A stretch of DNA of 64,000 nt from Octopus bimaculoides (taxonomy: Eukaryota), in the NCBI RefSeq assembly GCF_001194135.2, contig NC_068984.1, positions 126,082,085 to 126,146,084 of the forward strand, read 5' to 3'. Positions 1-11,508 of this stretch are shown here, in pieces; position 1 is the first letter of the stretch, and the number at the start of each line of letters is the position of its first letter. Position numbers and translations under genes: made by a program. The notes beneath the pieces were generated by a model. The model was not told where the DNA came from, made no database searches, and was given only the letters and a program-made list of their open reading frames with translations.

Positions 1-83
1 CATCCATTTTTGAGTGTTTTGTAAGAAGATAGGACTTCATTTAGTAGTATAAACAACTATTCCAAAAACTAATAAACCATCAC

Positions 84-352
84 CATGGCCAACACTAGGA
101 AGTGTGGGGCCCAATTAGAAAATTCTCAGTAGGGCCCCCGATTTTACAAAAGCAAAAGATTGATGTTTTATGGTTTGTGTAGTAGACCAGTCCCAACCAA
201 AAAGTGTTGAGAACCTGAGGCTCCACCATTAGCTGCAATGATATACTAAAAATTCATCATAGCATGCTCCACTCAAACATGTGCACAAGGCCCTCTCTTG
301 GCGTGGGACTCAATTTGAACAAATCTGTCTAATTGGCTTAAAACCAGCCCTG
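84..352. mobile_element. hAT-type MITE, degenerate; same family as 54206-54475
   Basis: Begins catggccaacactaggaagtgtggggccc and ends aattggcttaaaaccagccctg. Aligns by eye along its length with 54206-54475. TSD is eroded. Confidence 0.55.
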
Positions 353-530
353 ATCATCTGATCCATGGAAGTATGGAAACAAGGAGGTTTCTTTACTGCT
401 CAAGGAGAAAAAAAAAATAAAGTATATCTTGTCTTATCAACAGAGAAAAACTCAATCTTCAACAATGAATGAATGAATAAATAAACGATTTAAAAGACTA
501 ACATGAAGTAATACAAACAAAGATACTTAC

Positions 531-621
531 AACAGCTTTTCTGTTTTCATGGTTTACCATGTCCAAAAGTGGATAGGCATCAGTGATGTCATCTAAAAGG
601 CAGTAGTTTGTGAAACCAAGT
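531..621 (-). CDS. HDHD5: HDHD5/CECR5-like HAD hydrolase, internal exon (LGFTNYCLLDDITDAYPLLDMVNHENRKAV)
   Basis: Acceptor TCCTTAACcctacccAG and donor GTT|GTAAGT. 91 nt = 1 nt + 30 codons, completing the GA|A (Glu) split codon from the 3119-3231 exon. The LGF...A(Y/F)PLLDMV motif matches HDHD5. The gene continues beyond the left edge. Confidence 0.9.
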
Positions 622-1434
622 CTGGGTAGGGTTAAGGATAAATGTGAACGAAACAGTTATGAGATAAATATTATGTAACACAACTGTAGAGAAGTAGCTG
701 ACAGAGTGGATGGGATTATTGAGGTATCATTTCATTAGTTATGAGTCTATGAAGTTTTGTTTGTGTTTCTCTACATATTTAGCTATTTTCATTGACCTTA
801 GTTTACCTATCATGCAAAGTTAATCATGAAAGACTTGTACCCTAAGAAGGAGTAGATTTAAATCTTATCCATTTAATACAAAAATAAAGACTCAATTAAG
901 CACCACCCAACTATTTAATTCATGAATAAGTTTAACTGATTTTCATGACTGCCCTAGGTCAGTTGGCATTAGAGCAAGCTGAATTTTGGTGCCCTTAGAT
1001 GTGTAATTCTATTTTTAATTTTTCACATGGAGAAGAAAAAAACTGTAAATGTCAAAATAAAGTGTTTATTATCACACACAAGCTAAAGAGAATGGCTCAA
1101 ACACAGTAACAGTTTCAAATCTCATTAATATAAGAGAGCAAGGAGGGAAGAAGGAAAGAGACACTATATCTACATTATAAACAATGATTTCAAAAGATTT
1201 TTCTGACAAACAATGAGTGAAAGATGGCTGACAGTAATTCTAAGTTGTCAATGACAACTATAGAGATGATTATTCCTGTGAATAAATCTATTGATTTATT
1301 ATTCTCTTCTCTTTCATAATGTTTGATAAACAAAATATCAAGCACATTTCATACTGATGTGTTTCTTGCAAAACAATATAGCTCTTGTACCCTTAATAAT
1401 TAAGAATACACGAGTATTGTGGTTAAATGTCTTA

Positions 1435-1885
1435 ACTGCAGAGCACTAAACTATATAGCAGGGTGGTACCTGATACAACTAAGTTACTGGAATGCCAATG
1501 GTTAAGTGTCAACACAATGGTTTCTGCACAGTGAATTATTCTTTACTAAGGCATCTACTTACATCTTGCTAGCATCATGGACATAGTAGAGTGAGCTATA
1601 CAATGCAGTGGTACCTAGGCACAGTTAGCACTATTATATTGTTGATAGTTACATTTTTTAACCATTGATACAGCACAGTAAACTATACCACACTTGTGGT
1701 GTCTACCAACAGCTAGATATACTGGGGAATCAACAGATAAGTGTCTTGACTATGAACACAGTACAGTGAGCTGTACTATACTAAGATATCTACATACAGC
1801 AAGGTAAACTCTATTGTTAATAGTTAAGCAACTTGGTCGTTGACACAGTAAAGTGAACTATACCACATTGCTGTATCTACTTACT
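1435..1885. repeat. Degenerate tandem repeat, about 86-bp unit, about 6 copies
   Basis: A motif like acagtaRagtgaRctatacNaca...gtRtctac recurs near 1449, 1534, 1591, 1680, 1766 and 1852. Confidence 0.6.
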
Positions 1886-1892
1886 GATAGGT

Positions 1893-2597
1893 AGCAGTTG
1901 ATGGAATCTATTTCCTGCATGTTTTCAGCGTTTATTGTACCTGTATATCTTCCATATACGAAAGCTAGTTTCCTGTTAACCTTCCTCTGATATTGCTGCA
2001 CCTTTTATGTGTCCAAAGCTTACACTGGGTGCATCTTATGGAGTTTCTACCTACATCTTTTCTACAGGACCTGAAGGGATTTGTGATTTGTCTGCCTTCC
2101 CACTTACTAAGACTTTGGTTTTTGCTAGGTTAACTCTAAGGCCCTATGATTCTAGACCTTGCTTCCATACCTGGAACTTCTCTAGAGATTCAGCTATAAG
2201 AGTAAGGTCATCAGCATAGAGGAGCTCCCAGGGACAGCCTGTCTTGAATTCCTCTGTTATTGCCTGGAGGATTATGATGAACAAGAGGGGGGGGGGGGCT
2301 GAACATCAATCCTTGGTGGAACCCTACTTTCACCCTGAATTCTTCGCTGTACTCATTGCAACACTCACCTTACTGGTAACATCCCTGTACATAGCTTGTA
2401 CAGTTCTCACCAACCACTTGTCTATCTCTAGTTTCTGCATTGACCACCAGATAAGAGACCCTGTCAAAGGCTTTCTCCAAGTCAACAAAGGCCAAGCACT
2501 GAGGTTTATCTTTGGCATATCAGAAATATAGCATCAATGGCGCTTCTCCCTGGCACAAGACCAAACTGCATCTCATCTAAGCTAACTCTCTCCCTAT
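1893..2597 (-). mobile_element. RTE-clade LINE reverse transcriptase fragment, frameshifted
   Basis: Minus-strand frames give QFGLVPGRSA, SLIWWSMQKLEIDKWLVRTVQAMYRD, VHQGLMFSP...II, LYADDL (2201-2219) and a Cys-rich SICRKDVGRNSIRCTQCKLWTHKRCS segment. Confidence 0.85.
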
Positions 2598-2607
2598 GTA
2601 TATACAT

Positions 2608-2664
<57 letters not shown>

Positions 2665-2665
<1 letters not shown>

Positions 2666-2880
2666 GGGTGTGTGTGTCTGTGTTTGTCCCCACTGCCATC
2701 GCTTGATAACCATTGTTAGTGTGTTAATGTCCCTGTAACTTAGTGGTTCAGCAAAAGAGTGATAGAATAAGTACTAGCCCTTCAAAGAATAAGTCCTAGG
2801 GTTAGTTTCTTCAACTAAATCCCTTTAAGGTGGTACTCCAGCATGGCTGTAGCCAAATGACTGAAACAAGTAAAAGAATA
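2665..2880 (-). mobile_element. SINE family C (cagtcatttg...gccatgctggag...gccgaaccgctaagttac); other copies at 16670, 20450, 41020, 51440, 56095
   Basis: Reverse complement of the recurring family consensus, ending in (CA)n/(TA)n. Confidence 0.65.
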
Positions 2881-3118
2881 ATTACTTGACTTGTTAAAAA
2901 TAGTAGGGAAATCTCCCTAAAATCAAATGCTCCCAGATTAAACAAGAGAGGCCACACTGGATAACGTAGTGCTACATATCCCTAAAATGACTGAATAATT
3001 ACATCTGAAACATCTTTGACCATAGATCTATACAATCAGGGCTGGCTTGGATGAAACAACAACTTAAGGAGTAAGGAACATATGCAACACCCTGTATTAC
3101 AAGGGATTAAAAGGATAC

Positions 3119-3231
3119 TCAAGAGCAACATCTCGTACAGGTCCCTGACCCACCAAGAGTATATGCTTGTCATGCAAGTCTTCCATGATCTTCAACGGGG
3201 TTGGTGAATGTACCACCATGTCAGGTGTCAC
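3119..3231 (-). CDS. HDHD5: HDHD5-like internal exon (VTPDMVVHSPTPLKIMEDLHDKHILLVGQGPVRDVAL)
   Basis: Acceptor ttttttcAG in phase 0; 113 nt = 37 codons + GA. The H.K..LV.GQGPV motif is typical of HDHD5. Confidence 0.9.
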
Positions 3232-3541
3232 CTGAAAAAAAATAACAAAAGAAAATGGGTACATCAAAATTAGTTTAATAGGGTATAACAGTGTTTGTAA
3301 CCTTCACCAACCCTATGAACAGAAATCATTAAGATAGGTTAGTGTGATTTGTGTTCTCTTTGAATTGTTCAAGTTGTGTATAATGTATGATATATGTAAC
3401 AACCCTCACTTGTTTCCGAGTGAGGTATCGTTCTCCCATGTCTAGACATGGTGAAGACTGGAAATGAACAGTATAACTGTGACACTCATTGACAACAATC
3501 ATATATCACAAGATGTCAAGACAAGGAGATACCAACTCACA

Positions 3542-3544
<3 letters not shown>

Positions 3545-3578
<34 letters not shown>

Positions 3579-3725
3579 ACAATGAGTTTCTTTCAGTTTC
3601 CATTTACCCAATCCACTCACAAGGTTTTGGTTGACCCAGGGCTATAGTAGTAAGACTGCAGGAAGAACTGCACCCAGAACCAACTAGTTAGGAATTAAAC
3701 TTCTTGACCACACAGCCATGCCTGT
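3545..3725 (-). mobile_element. SINE family B (tRNA-like head, CORE-like accttgggcaagtgtct segment)
   Basis: Matches copies at 9960, 20865, 28630, 29290, 35905 and 53035; ends in a (TG)n tail. Confidence 0.65.
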
Positions 3726-3779
3726 GCATTATACATACAATATATTTCATACATATAGTGTGTGTATTTATTCTATATA

Positions 3780-4003
3780 CTAGCAGAGATATCCGGCGTT
3801 GCCTTTGTCACATGGAATTGAAGAATTAGACATTTCTTTTATATTTTCTCTAATGAACTGGAATACCTATGATTCGAATTTCATTAATGTAGCTCCAATT
3901 CACTCAGCTGTAAATGAGTTCCAGGAACTTAACCCTGCAATGAACTGGCACCCCATCCAGGGAGGTGGGAATACTGTAGTCTTAGTGATTTATATACCAT
4001 AGA
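3780..4003 (-). mobile_element. Possible short non-autonomous Helitron
   Basis: Minus strand begins TCTATGGTATATAAA and ends ggcaacgccggatatctctgCTAG|T, resembling Helitron 5' TC and 3' CTAG termini. Confidence 0.4.
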
Positions 4004-4233
4004 AAATGGGTTAAATTCCAGTCTTATGAGTTCAAGGACTCATGACTTGTCAGTTCAGTTTCAGCATTTACTCAAGTATCTCCATGTGTTCTGGGTCCAA
4101 AACCTACTATCAGCAAATTTACTTTTCAGTTATCCTGTGAAATCAATGAAATCAGTACAAGTAATTATCCCAGTATTTTGGGCAAGAGCAATCTTAAAAT
4201 ATCTGAGTGTAAAGTAGGTGAACTTGAACTTAC

Positions 4234-4428
4234 ATCAATACCAAGCCAACTTTGAATTTGGGCAGCCTTGTCAGCACTACGGTTGCAGGCATTTGTGACA
4301 AATGCCACAGGCACACGTAACTGGTGGTTCTCATCAGTTAAAAGCTTGAAAGCATTAACGGCAGCTTGTAATGGTTCAGTGCCTCTGGCAAGAACTCCAT
4401 CAATGTCAAACATAACTCCGAAATCAGG
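4234..4428 (-). CDS. HDHD5: HDHD5/CECR5-like HAD class IIA hydrolase exon with motif I (FDIDGVL) and motif II (FVTN)
   Basis: Acceptor tttcatttcAG and donor GAT|GTAAGT; 195 nt = 65 codons, PDFGVMFDIDGVLARGTEPL...VPVAFVTNACN...WLGID. Confidence 0.93.
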
Positions 4429-4487
4429 CTGAAATGAAACAAAATACAAAATATAACATATTGCAGTTCAATGAACTATTATTATTC

Positions 4488-4538
<51 letters not shown>

Positions 4539-4710
4539 TGAGTGAGAGAGCAGTGCATGCCATCAAAGTGACACTGGGGTACAAATATATGAAGCCTAAT
4601 ATACCTATCATGACTACCCATCTGATAAGGGTACACCAGGCACATGCATCACAACCATATGTGCACAACATGGTGATATCATATCAAGATAAACTGTACG
4701 ACATAACAGA

Positions 4711-5098
4711 TGGGGCCCAGTAAGAATTTTCTTCATGTCGAGTAGCTCATCCTGCTCAAAAGGTCCCTGGATAAGGGTAGTTTAAGGATAATGGATGAAA
4801 GACCCATGTTTCCAGAGGTGATTTATAGAAACCCCAAAGAATTCCTCTCAACACATGGCTATGATGCTCCCCCACTACTTCTGCTTGTAATCAGAGATGC
4901 ACGTATCATCAACCACTAAGGACATGCTCAACTGGTTATGCTCAAGCAACTGACTAGTAAATTTGTGGTATTGAGCAGAATATTTGCTATAGCCCATCTT
5001 TTATAACAAGACAAAACAATGTACATGATAACACTTCCAATCAGTTAAGATCAAAAGCCAGGAGAGCCACTGCCTGGTACTGCATAAGGGCATTTATT
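4711..5098 (+). repeat. Dispersed repeat of about 390 bp (LINE 3'-end or SINE-like); second copy at 33479-33850
   Basis: Both copies run collinearly from tggggcccag to ctggtactgcatNagggcatttatt. Confidence 0.7.
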
Positions 5099-5104
5099 AG
5101 CATT

Positions 5105-6890
5105 AAGGCGGTGAGCAGGCAGAAGCATTAGCACACTGGGAAGAATGCTTAGCAGTATTTCATCCATTTTCTATTCTGAGCTCAAATTTCTGCCGAGGTT
5201 GACTTGGCCTTTCATCCTTTCAGGGTTGATAAAATAGGTTCCAGTTGAGCACCTTCGATATTTTTAGCCCCTTCAAAATTTCAAACCTTGTGCCTATAGT
5301 AGAAGGGATTATTATTATTATTATTATTATTATGGTAGCATAATGCGGTGAGCTGGCAGAATTATTAGCATGCTGCGCAAAATGCTTAGTGGTGTTTTGT
5401 CTGTCATCACGTTCTGAGTTCAAATGCTGCTGGCTTGGATTTTGCCTTTTATCCTTTCGGGATCGATAAATTAAGTACCAGTTACATACGAGAGTCGATG
5501 TAATTGACTGGTTCCTGCCTCAAAAATGTCAGGCCTTGTGCCTATAGTAGAAAGGATTATAATTATGGTAGCAAGCTGGCAGAAGGGTTAGCATGCCAGG
5601 CAAAATGCTAAGTGGCATTTCGCCTGTCTGTGCGTTCTGAGTTCAAATTCCACCAAGTTCGACTTTGCCTTTCATCCTTTCAGGGTCAATAGAATAAGTA
5701 CCAGTTGAGCACTGAGGCCGATGTAATAGACTAGCCTTCTTCCCCCAAAATTTCAGGCCTTATGCTTATTGTATGCAGGATTATTATTAGTGTTATCAAG
5801 GCAGCAAGCTGGCAGAATAGTTACCATTCTGAACAAAATGCTTAGTGGTATTTCTTCAGGCTTTACAAAATGTCAGAGAAGCTTGAATGTTTTTAGTGTA
5901 CTGCATTCACATATGTGTATTTTGGGGGTCAAAGTACAATGCACATGTCCATCTCTGTTTCAAAATAATTTTAATAGTCGTTTACTGGTTTCAAATTTTC
6001 AGGGGAGGGTATAAGTCGATTATATCGATTCTCAAGTACTCAACTGGTACTTATTTTATCGACCTCGGCTGAATTTCAACTTAGAACGTAAAGACGAACG
6101 AAATGCTTGAGCATTTTTGTCCAACGTCCAACGATTCTGTCAGCTCACCGTCTTATAAATAGTCGTTTATTAAAAATAGCATTTTCTGCTATAGCCACAA
6201 AGCTAGAATATGTTTACTGTTTTTTTGTTTTTTTTTTATGCGGGTGGTTATGACGGAATCTAGTTGATTACAGCGATCCTAGTACTCAACCAGAATTCAT
6301 TTTACCGAACCAGAAAGACACAGTCGACCTCGGCGGACTTGGAACACTGAGCGTAAAGCTGGAATAAAATGCCTCTAAGCATTTTAGCCGGTCTGCTAAC
6401 GACTCTGCCAGCATGTCGTTTTCCGTTCATCAAAAATAAAAATAAAGCATTTAAGAGGCTAATTATGTACAGTAATACTTTCAGCATTTTATTCCGTGAG
6501 TCATATATCGAGGAAAATGTTGAAAATAGCTAGCTTCATGTCCCCTTACATTCAGAAGCATTAAAGAAAGCATCATTGATATACTGAGGGAAGAATTTCT
6601 TTGACTATACTCCTTCGCCAGTGTGTGGTCTTGCGGCTATCATTGCTAGCATTTGTTAATACTAGTTATAAAGAAGGCAGCGAGCTGACAGAATCGTTAG
6701 CATGCCGGCCAAAATGTTTAACGGCATTTCGTCCGTCTTTAAGTTCTGAGTTCAAATTCCGCAGAGGTCGACTTTCTCTTTCATCCTTTCGGGATCGACA
6801 AAATAAGTACCAGTTGAACATTGGGATCGATGTAATCGACTATGCCCCTCCCCCGAAACTTGAGCCAAAATTTGAATCCAGTAATTTGTT
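5105..6890. mobile_element. Cluster of at least 7 tRNA-derived SINE family A copies, tandem and inverted
   Basis: Plus copies near 5105, 5335, 5563, 5797 and 6672; minus copies near 5990 and 6195. A-box-like tggcagaa, B-box GAGTTCAAAT, core ctttcatcctttcggggtcgataaa..agtaccag, (ATT)n tails. Confidence 0.85.
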
Positions 6891-8216
6891 ATGAAGACGG
6901 AGGAATAGTATAAAGGGAGAGTACTATACAAATAAGATGTGGTATGCAGTTGTCTCCCTTAGCCTATGTTCAACTCTTATCTAACGTTGCCTTTTCCAGT
7001 TCATCCATCCAGAGTCACTAAATACGACAAATAAAAAAGATCGGTTGACTGGATAGCTTGTAGTGCTGATTATTCTGAGTTCGAATTCTGACTTTATCTT
7101 TCACAACAATTGGGTCTGATTAAGTTTTTTTTTTTGTTTTCAAATAAAAGCAATTCAATCTACAATACATGCTAGTGTGAGAAATCAGTATACCCCCTAC
7201 CCGGACATATAATTTGGGTGTGCAGCATAAAACCTGCATACCCACCAAACATGGTAAATTTTCTCTATAATGATTCAGTTCTTGTACTAATCATGAGAAG
7301 GCATCAAATTGGCGGAGTCATTAGAACGGTCATGTAGATTGTTTTGCAGTATTCGTTCCAGCATTCTGAGTTCAAATACTGTCGAGATCAACATTACATT
7401 TCATCCATCCAGAGTCAATAAAGTATCACACTCTGTATTGAGTTTGATTTTTTCTTTCTATGAAAAATTGGCAAAAATTACGATAAGTGTGCCAAGCAGG
7501 TGTCGTAATGTGAACTAGTTGTAATTTGTTCTCACATTTAATAATACACACTTCGAAAAACAAAGACTAAATCAGGTTGAAGCCGAATTGACGACAGAAA
7601 TAACAAAGTCCGTATGTTCATATTTATGCCAGAATAATAGTAAGTTCAGTACAGTAACAAATTCAGTGGCACCACCAAACGCCACATTACTAAAATTACT
7701 AAAATAGCTACCAGTGTAACAAGTGGGAGAAGCCCCAGGTATTAAAGTCAACAAGCTGGTTGGAATTCCCAACTAAAACGAAAAGGTTAATTTCTTTTGT
7801 ACTGCCCATGCTCTAAAGCTGACGTTTTTAATTGTTATATTGCATGTGGGTCTTCAGGAGTACTATGATTTTTTTTTTAGAGGATTCGAAAAAGATCGGG
7901 GTATTTAGAAAACTTGTTTCTAATGCTAGTGTATTATTCCTCGGTGGAAAAGTACAATGTATGTGCCCATGTTTGTTTAAAAATAATTTTAATATAAAGT
8001 TTTCTTTTTTTTTATATATATATAATAGAATTTTTTTTTAAATTAATTATTCAAAGAGCCGTGTTTGGCAAAAGCTTGAAAATCGTTGCTCTTAAGCAAA
8101 GTGTAAAACGTTACAAATTTTCGTAATGATTTATCACTTTATGCTTAAATAAAGAAATAATACACAGTGATCTTAAAATACTTTTTAAAATACAATCACA
8201 TCACAGTAAAAATCCT

Positions 8217-8544
8217 TCACTATTTAGCATTTAAAATGGCTAATGCGGCCAAAATATTCCCTCCAGTTTACATTCAAACTGACCAGATCCAGGCTCTCAC
8301 ACCTACCCTACAATGTTATTCTAAAAATAAACAACCACATCATCGAAATCTCTAAGATATGAGGTAATGCATGATTAATTCAAAACAATGTGAATAGATA
8401 AGCATGGCGAAGGTAAATAATATGGACATCCGGTGTTTAGGGTTAGGGTTGGGGCTTAGGATTAGGGTTAGGGTTACGCCGAATTCTTTGCCTCCGCCAA
8501 TAAGCATTACGTTTGATAGATTAATTTGAACGCTAAGGGGTTAA
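8217..8544. mobile_element. piggyBac-type (TTAA) MITE, interrupted by the 8406-8498 insertion
   Basis: Same sequence family as 12492-12712; ends gctaagggg|TTAA. Confidence 0.6.
8406..8498. mobile_element. 93-bp MITE carrying TTAGGG repeats; 12-bp TIR and 9-bp TSD
   Basis: TIRs GGCGAAGGTAAA and TTTGCCTCCGCC (10/12 match). TSD gataagcat (8397-8405) and aataagcat (8499-8507). The related host copy near 12670 has the site only once. Confidence 0.7.
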
Positions 8545-9110
8545 ATTGGGATTGAACCAACAGCAGCGTTTTTATTTTTTTGTTTCCTAATTAATTATCA
8601 AACTTCTATCGTTGTGGTGGTGGATGCGCGTGCGTGTGTGTGTGGTTTGTGAAGGTAGGTTGCGTGAGAAATCTGTGAAGACAACCTAAATTTTATCTGT
8701 TCTCCCTGATTAGCAATCATATGATACCACGTCAGAAGGACGGACATGGTAACTAATATTCTAACAAGAGATAAAGCATCATCCTGTCTAAATTACTAAA
8801 AAGAAAAGATGATGTTATCATGTGTCTCCAATCATTGTGTGCAGCTAACGCAATCTTCTAAACACATGCTCGACACATGATCTCGGCGTGCTGTTCTTTT
8901 CCACTGAATAGTACCGTTGTTCTGTGAGGAGTCCCGTCGTTGAGTGATTTCCACTGTAAACAATGCTGGACAGTCATCAAGGCAACAGCAGTCGATAGCA
9001 ACAACAGCAAATCTTACACTTCAACCCGGTTTCTGACACTAACATGCACTTCACCTACTTCGTTTCTTAATCGTTTTGTAGCTAGATATTTAAGTAACAT
9101 ACCATTGAAT

Positions 9111-9652
9111 GAGTGGTGAGTGACGGGGAAAGTAAGTGGACAAACAACGTTAGTATAGCTTCAGCTGGAAGCTTGGCAACTGTCTGCTACTTAGGATACA
9201 AATTGAACATGCGATTTACTCCCAATATGACTCTAATTATGTCCATTGACAAAGGGTCAGAAATGTTCAGTCAAATTTGTGCTTGATTATTGAATAATAA
9301 CAAAGCACCAAGTGTGAGTGGTGAGTGACGGGAAGGAGTAAGTGGATAAACAACGGTAGGACTTCTTCAGCTAGGAGCTTGGCAACCGTCGGCTACTCAA
9401 GACGCAAGCTGAACGCGCGAATTAAAGGGTTACAATTGTTCGGTCAAATTTGTGTTTGATCATTAAATAATAACAAAACACTAAGTGTGAGTGGTAAGAG
9501 GCGAGGTAGGAATAAGTGGGCCAAATGACGGCAGGACGACTTCAGTTGGAGGCTTGGCCACGGTCTGCTAATCGGGTGGCAGACGATTTATTCCTAACAA
9601 TACTCTAGGTATGTACAGTTACAAAGGGTCAGAAATGTCCACTCAAATCTGT
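9111..9652. repeat. Three diverged tandem units (205 bp, 173 bp and a partial unit)
   Basis: Units start gagtggtRag at 9111, 9316 and 9489 and share Rtaagtgg, cttcagYt.g.Rgcttggc, aaggg, tcaaat.tgt and aataataacaaa.cac.aagtgt blocks. Confidence 0.8.
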
Positions 9653-9959
9653 CAAAGACTTCAGTCTAAGACTAACATTTTATGGATGGATTATTATTAT
9701 ACACAAGCCACCACACGCGCACGCATGCACATATACGTTGACTGGTACACAGAATCAGAATCTTGATATACAGGTTAGTGAGTAAGCCCAGGCAACTGTT
9801 GGACTGGGTTCTAAGAATGGAAATTCTCAGATCAGTCTATTATGGGCTCCATATGGTGAGGTAAACTGAGATTATGTAGAATAAGATATTCTGTTCAGAA
9901 ATTGATGCCAAGGGTGGATTTGAACTCATCTACTGAGAAATACTCCAGATGCATATATC

Positions 9960-10165
9960 TATGTGTGTGTTTGTGTATGTATAAATATTTACACGCACAC
10001 AGACATGCAATGGGTTTCTGTACAATTTCCTTCAACAAAACTTCACTCAAAAGCCATTTGTCAACCCAAGGACATAAAAGACATTTGGTCAAAGAGCCCC
10101 ACAGGGGAATTGAACCCAGAATCATATGATTGCAAAGTGAACTTTTAACTATATGCACATGCTTG
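9960..10165 (-). mobile_element. SINE family B copy
   Basis: Reverse complement of the family B consensus (ggttcaattcccctgtggggctctttgaccaaatgtct...). Confidence 0.6.
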
Positions 10166-10218
10166 TATGTGTAAGAGTGTGTGTGTATGTATGTATGTAT
10201 GTATGTATGTATGTATGT

Positions 10219-10269
<51 letters not shown>

Positions 10270-11029
10270 TGACAATGAAAGAGGTGCACTGCTCGCCAGC
10301 AAGCTATGATATGTTGTGGCATTCATATTTTTCTCATAAAATTAGTTAGGTAACTGAGGTGAAATTGGAGAACTTATCTCCTTAAATTTATAGCCATAGC
10401 CCATAATATTAATCCCTATTGCATGCATTGCTCAAAGACATTATTTCTGTTGCCTATTTCCTTTATTTTGACCTTGATGGCACCTTACTGATTAGAGGAC
10501 ATATTTAGAGTTGAGAGGCTTGTTTAAATAATACAGTTTAAGTAGAATTCAGAGGATAGTTTAAGTGATACAGCTTAAGTAGACTTTAGAGAAATCACTT
10601 ATCGTTTCCGATGTGTATTTTTATATTTCATGTGAAGCAGTAGGAGATCAAATCACAAGTAGGGAGTGAATGAGTAGCTGTGGGGGGAATTAAGAAGAGA
10701 CAAAGTTTCTATTATTCTCTCTGACTATATAGTTAAGGCATTGTTTCCAGCTCTCTCTCTCTCTCTTTTTTCTCTATCATTCACACCCACCCATACACAC
10801 ACATATATTTTACTTATTCATAGAGGGAAAATACTTGTGGGGAAAAAGGACAAAAGACAGAAATAGAGCAAGAAATTGGGGTTAGGTAAAGAAACAGGGA
10901 AAGAGAAGATGCATTGGACAATTCAGTCCCTAACATGTAAAAAACAAGAAAGAAAAAGAAACAGGATGGCCATGATTGGAATGCCTTTGTTCACAAATCT
11001 ATTCAATCACAGCTGATCTGGAGCTAAAT

Positions 11030-11385
11030 AAAATCATCATCATCATCACCATCACTTAATGTCTGTTTTCCATGCTGGCAAGAGTGGGACGGTTTGACAG
11101 GAGCTGCCCAGCCAGAGAGTTGTCCAGGTTCCAAATGTCAGTTTTGGCATGGTTTCTACAACCGGATGCCCTTCTTAATACCAACCACTTTACAGAAGGT
11201 ACTGGGTTTTTTTTTATGTGGCACCAGCACATGTGCCTTTATGTGGCACCAGCACAGGTGCTTTTATGTGGAACCAGAATGAGTGCTTTTGTGTGGCACT
11301 AGCATGGGTGCATGTAGTGGGATTGTCCGAGGTGTATCTACATGGCGCCAGCGTGTGTGATTCTATGTGGCACTGGCAGGGATGC
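11030..11385 (-). mobile_element. RTE-type LINE/SINE 3' end with (GAT)n tail and a minisatellite of about 25 bp
   Basis: Minus strand ends aaccgtcccactcttgccagcatggaaaacagacattaa followed by (gat)n. The unit ttttatgtggcaccagcac is repeated about 5 times. Confidence 0.55.
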
Positions 11386-11412
11386 TAATTCCTGATTAGT
11401 GTGTGAATGTCA

Positions 11413-11416
<4 letters not shown>

Positions 11417-11505
<89 letters not shown>
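11417..11505. repeat. (GA)n microsatellite
   Basis: Perfect dinucleotide run. Confidence 0.95.

Positions 11506-11508
<3 letters not shown>

Larger units (their letters stand above)
622..3118 (-). other. U12-type (minor spliceosome) GT-AG intron of the HDHD5-like gene
   Basis: 5' end reads GTATCCTTTT (3118-3109). Branch site TCCTTAAC at 638-631 lies 9 nt before the exon, with no long polypyrimidine tract. Confidence 0.85.

Noticed and set aside
4165-4449. Track ORF MYFVSFQ...SSSSPTLHSD as a single-exon protein
   Set aside because: Both ends are intronic; splice signals limit the exon to 4234-4428.
7560-7772. Minus-strand acceptor and ATG (MNIRTLLFLSSIRL...) as an HDHD5 leader exon
   Set aside because: The frame stops after 27 codons with no convincing in-phase donor.
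9111-9652. CRISPR-like repeat-spacer array here or at 1435-1885
   Set aside because: Eukaryotic context, and the units are homologous along their whole length, so there are no unique spacers.
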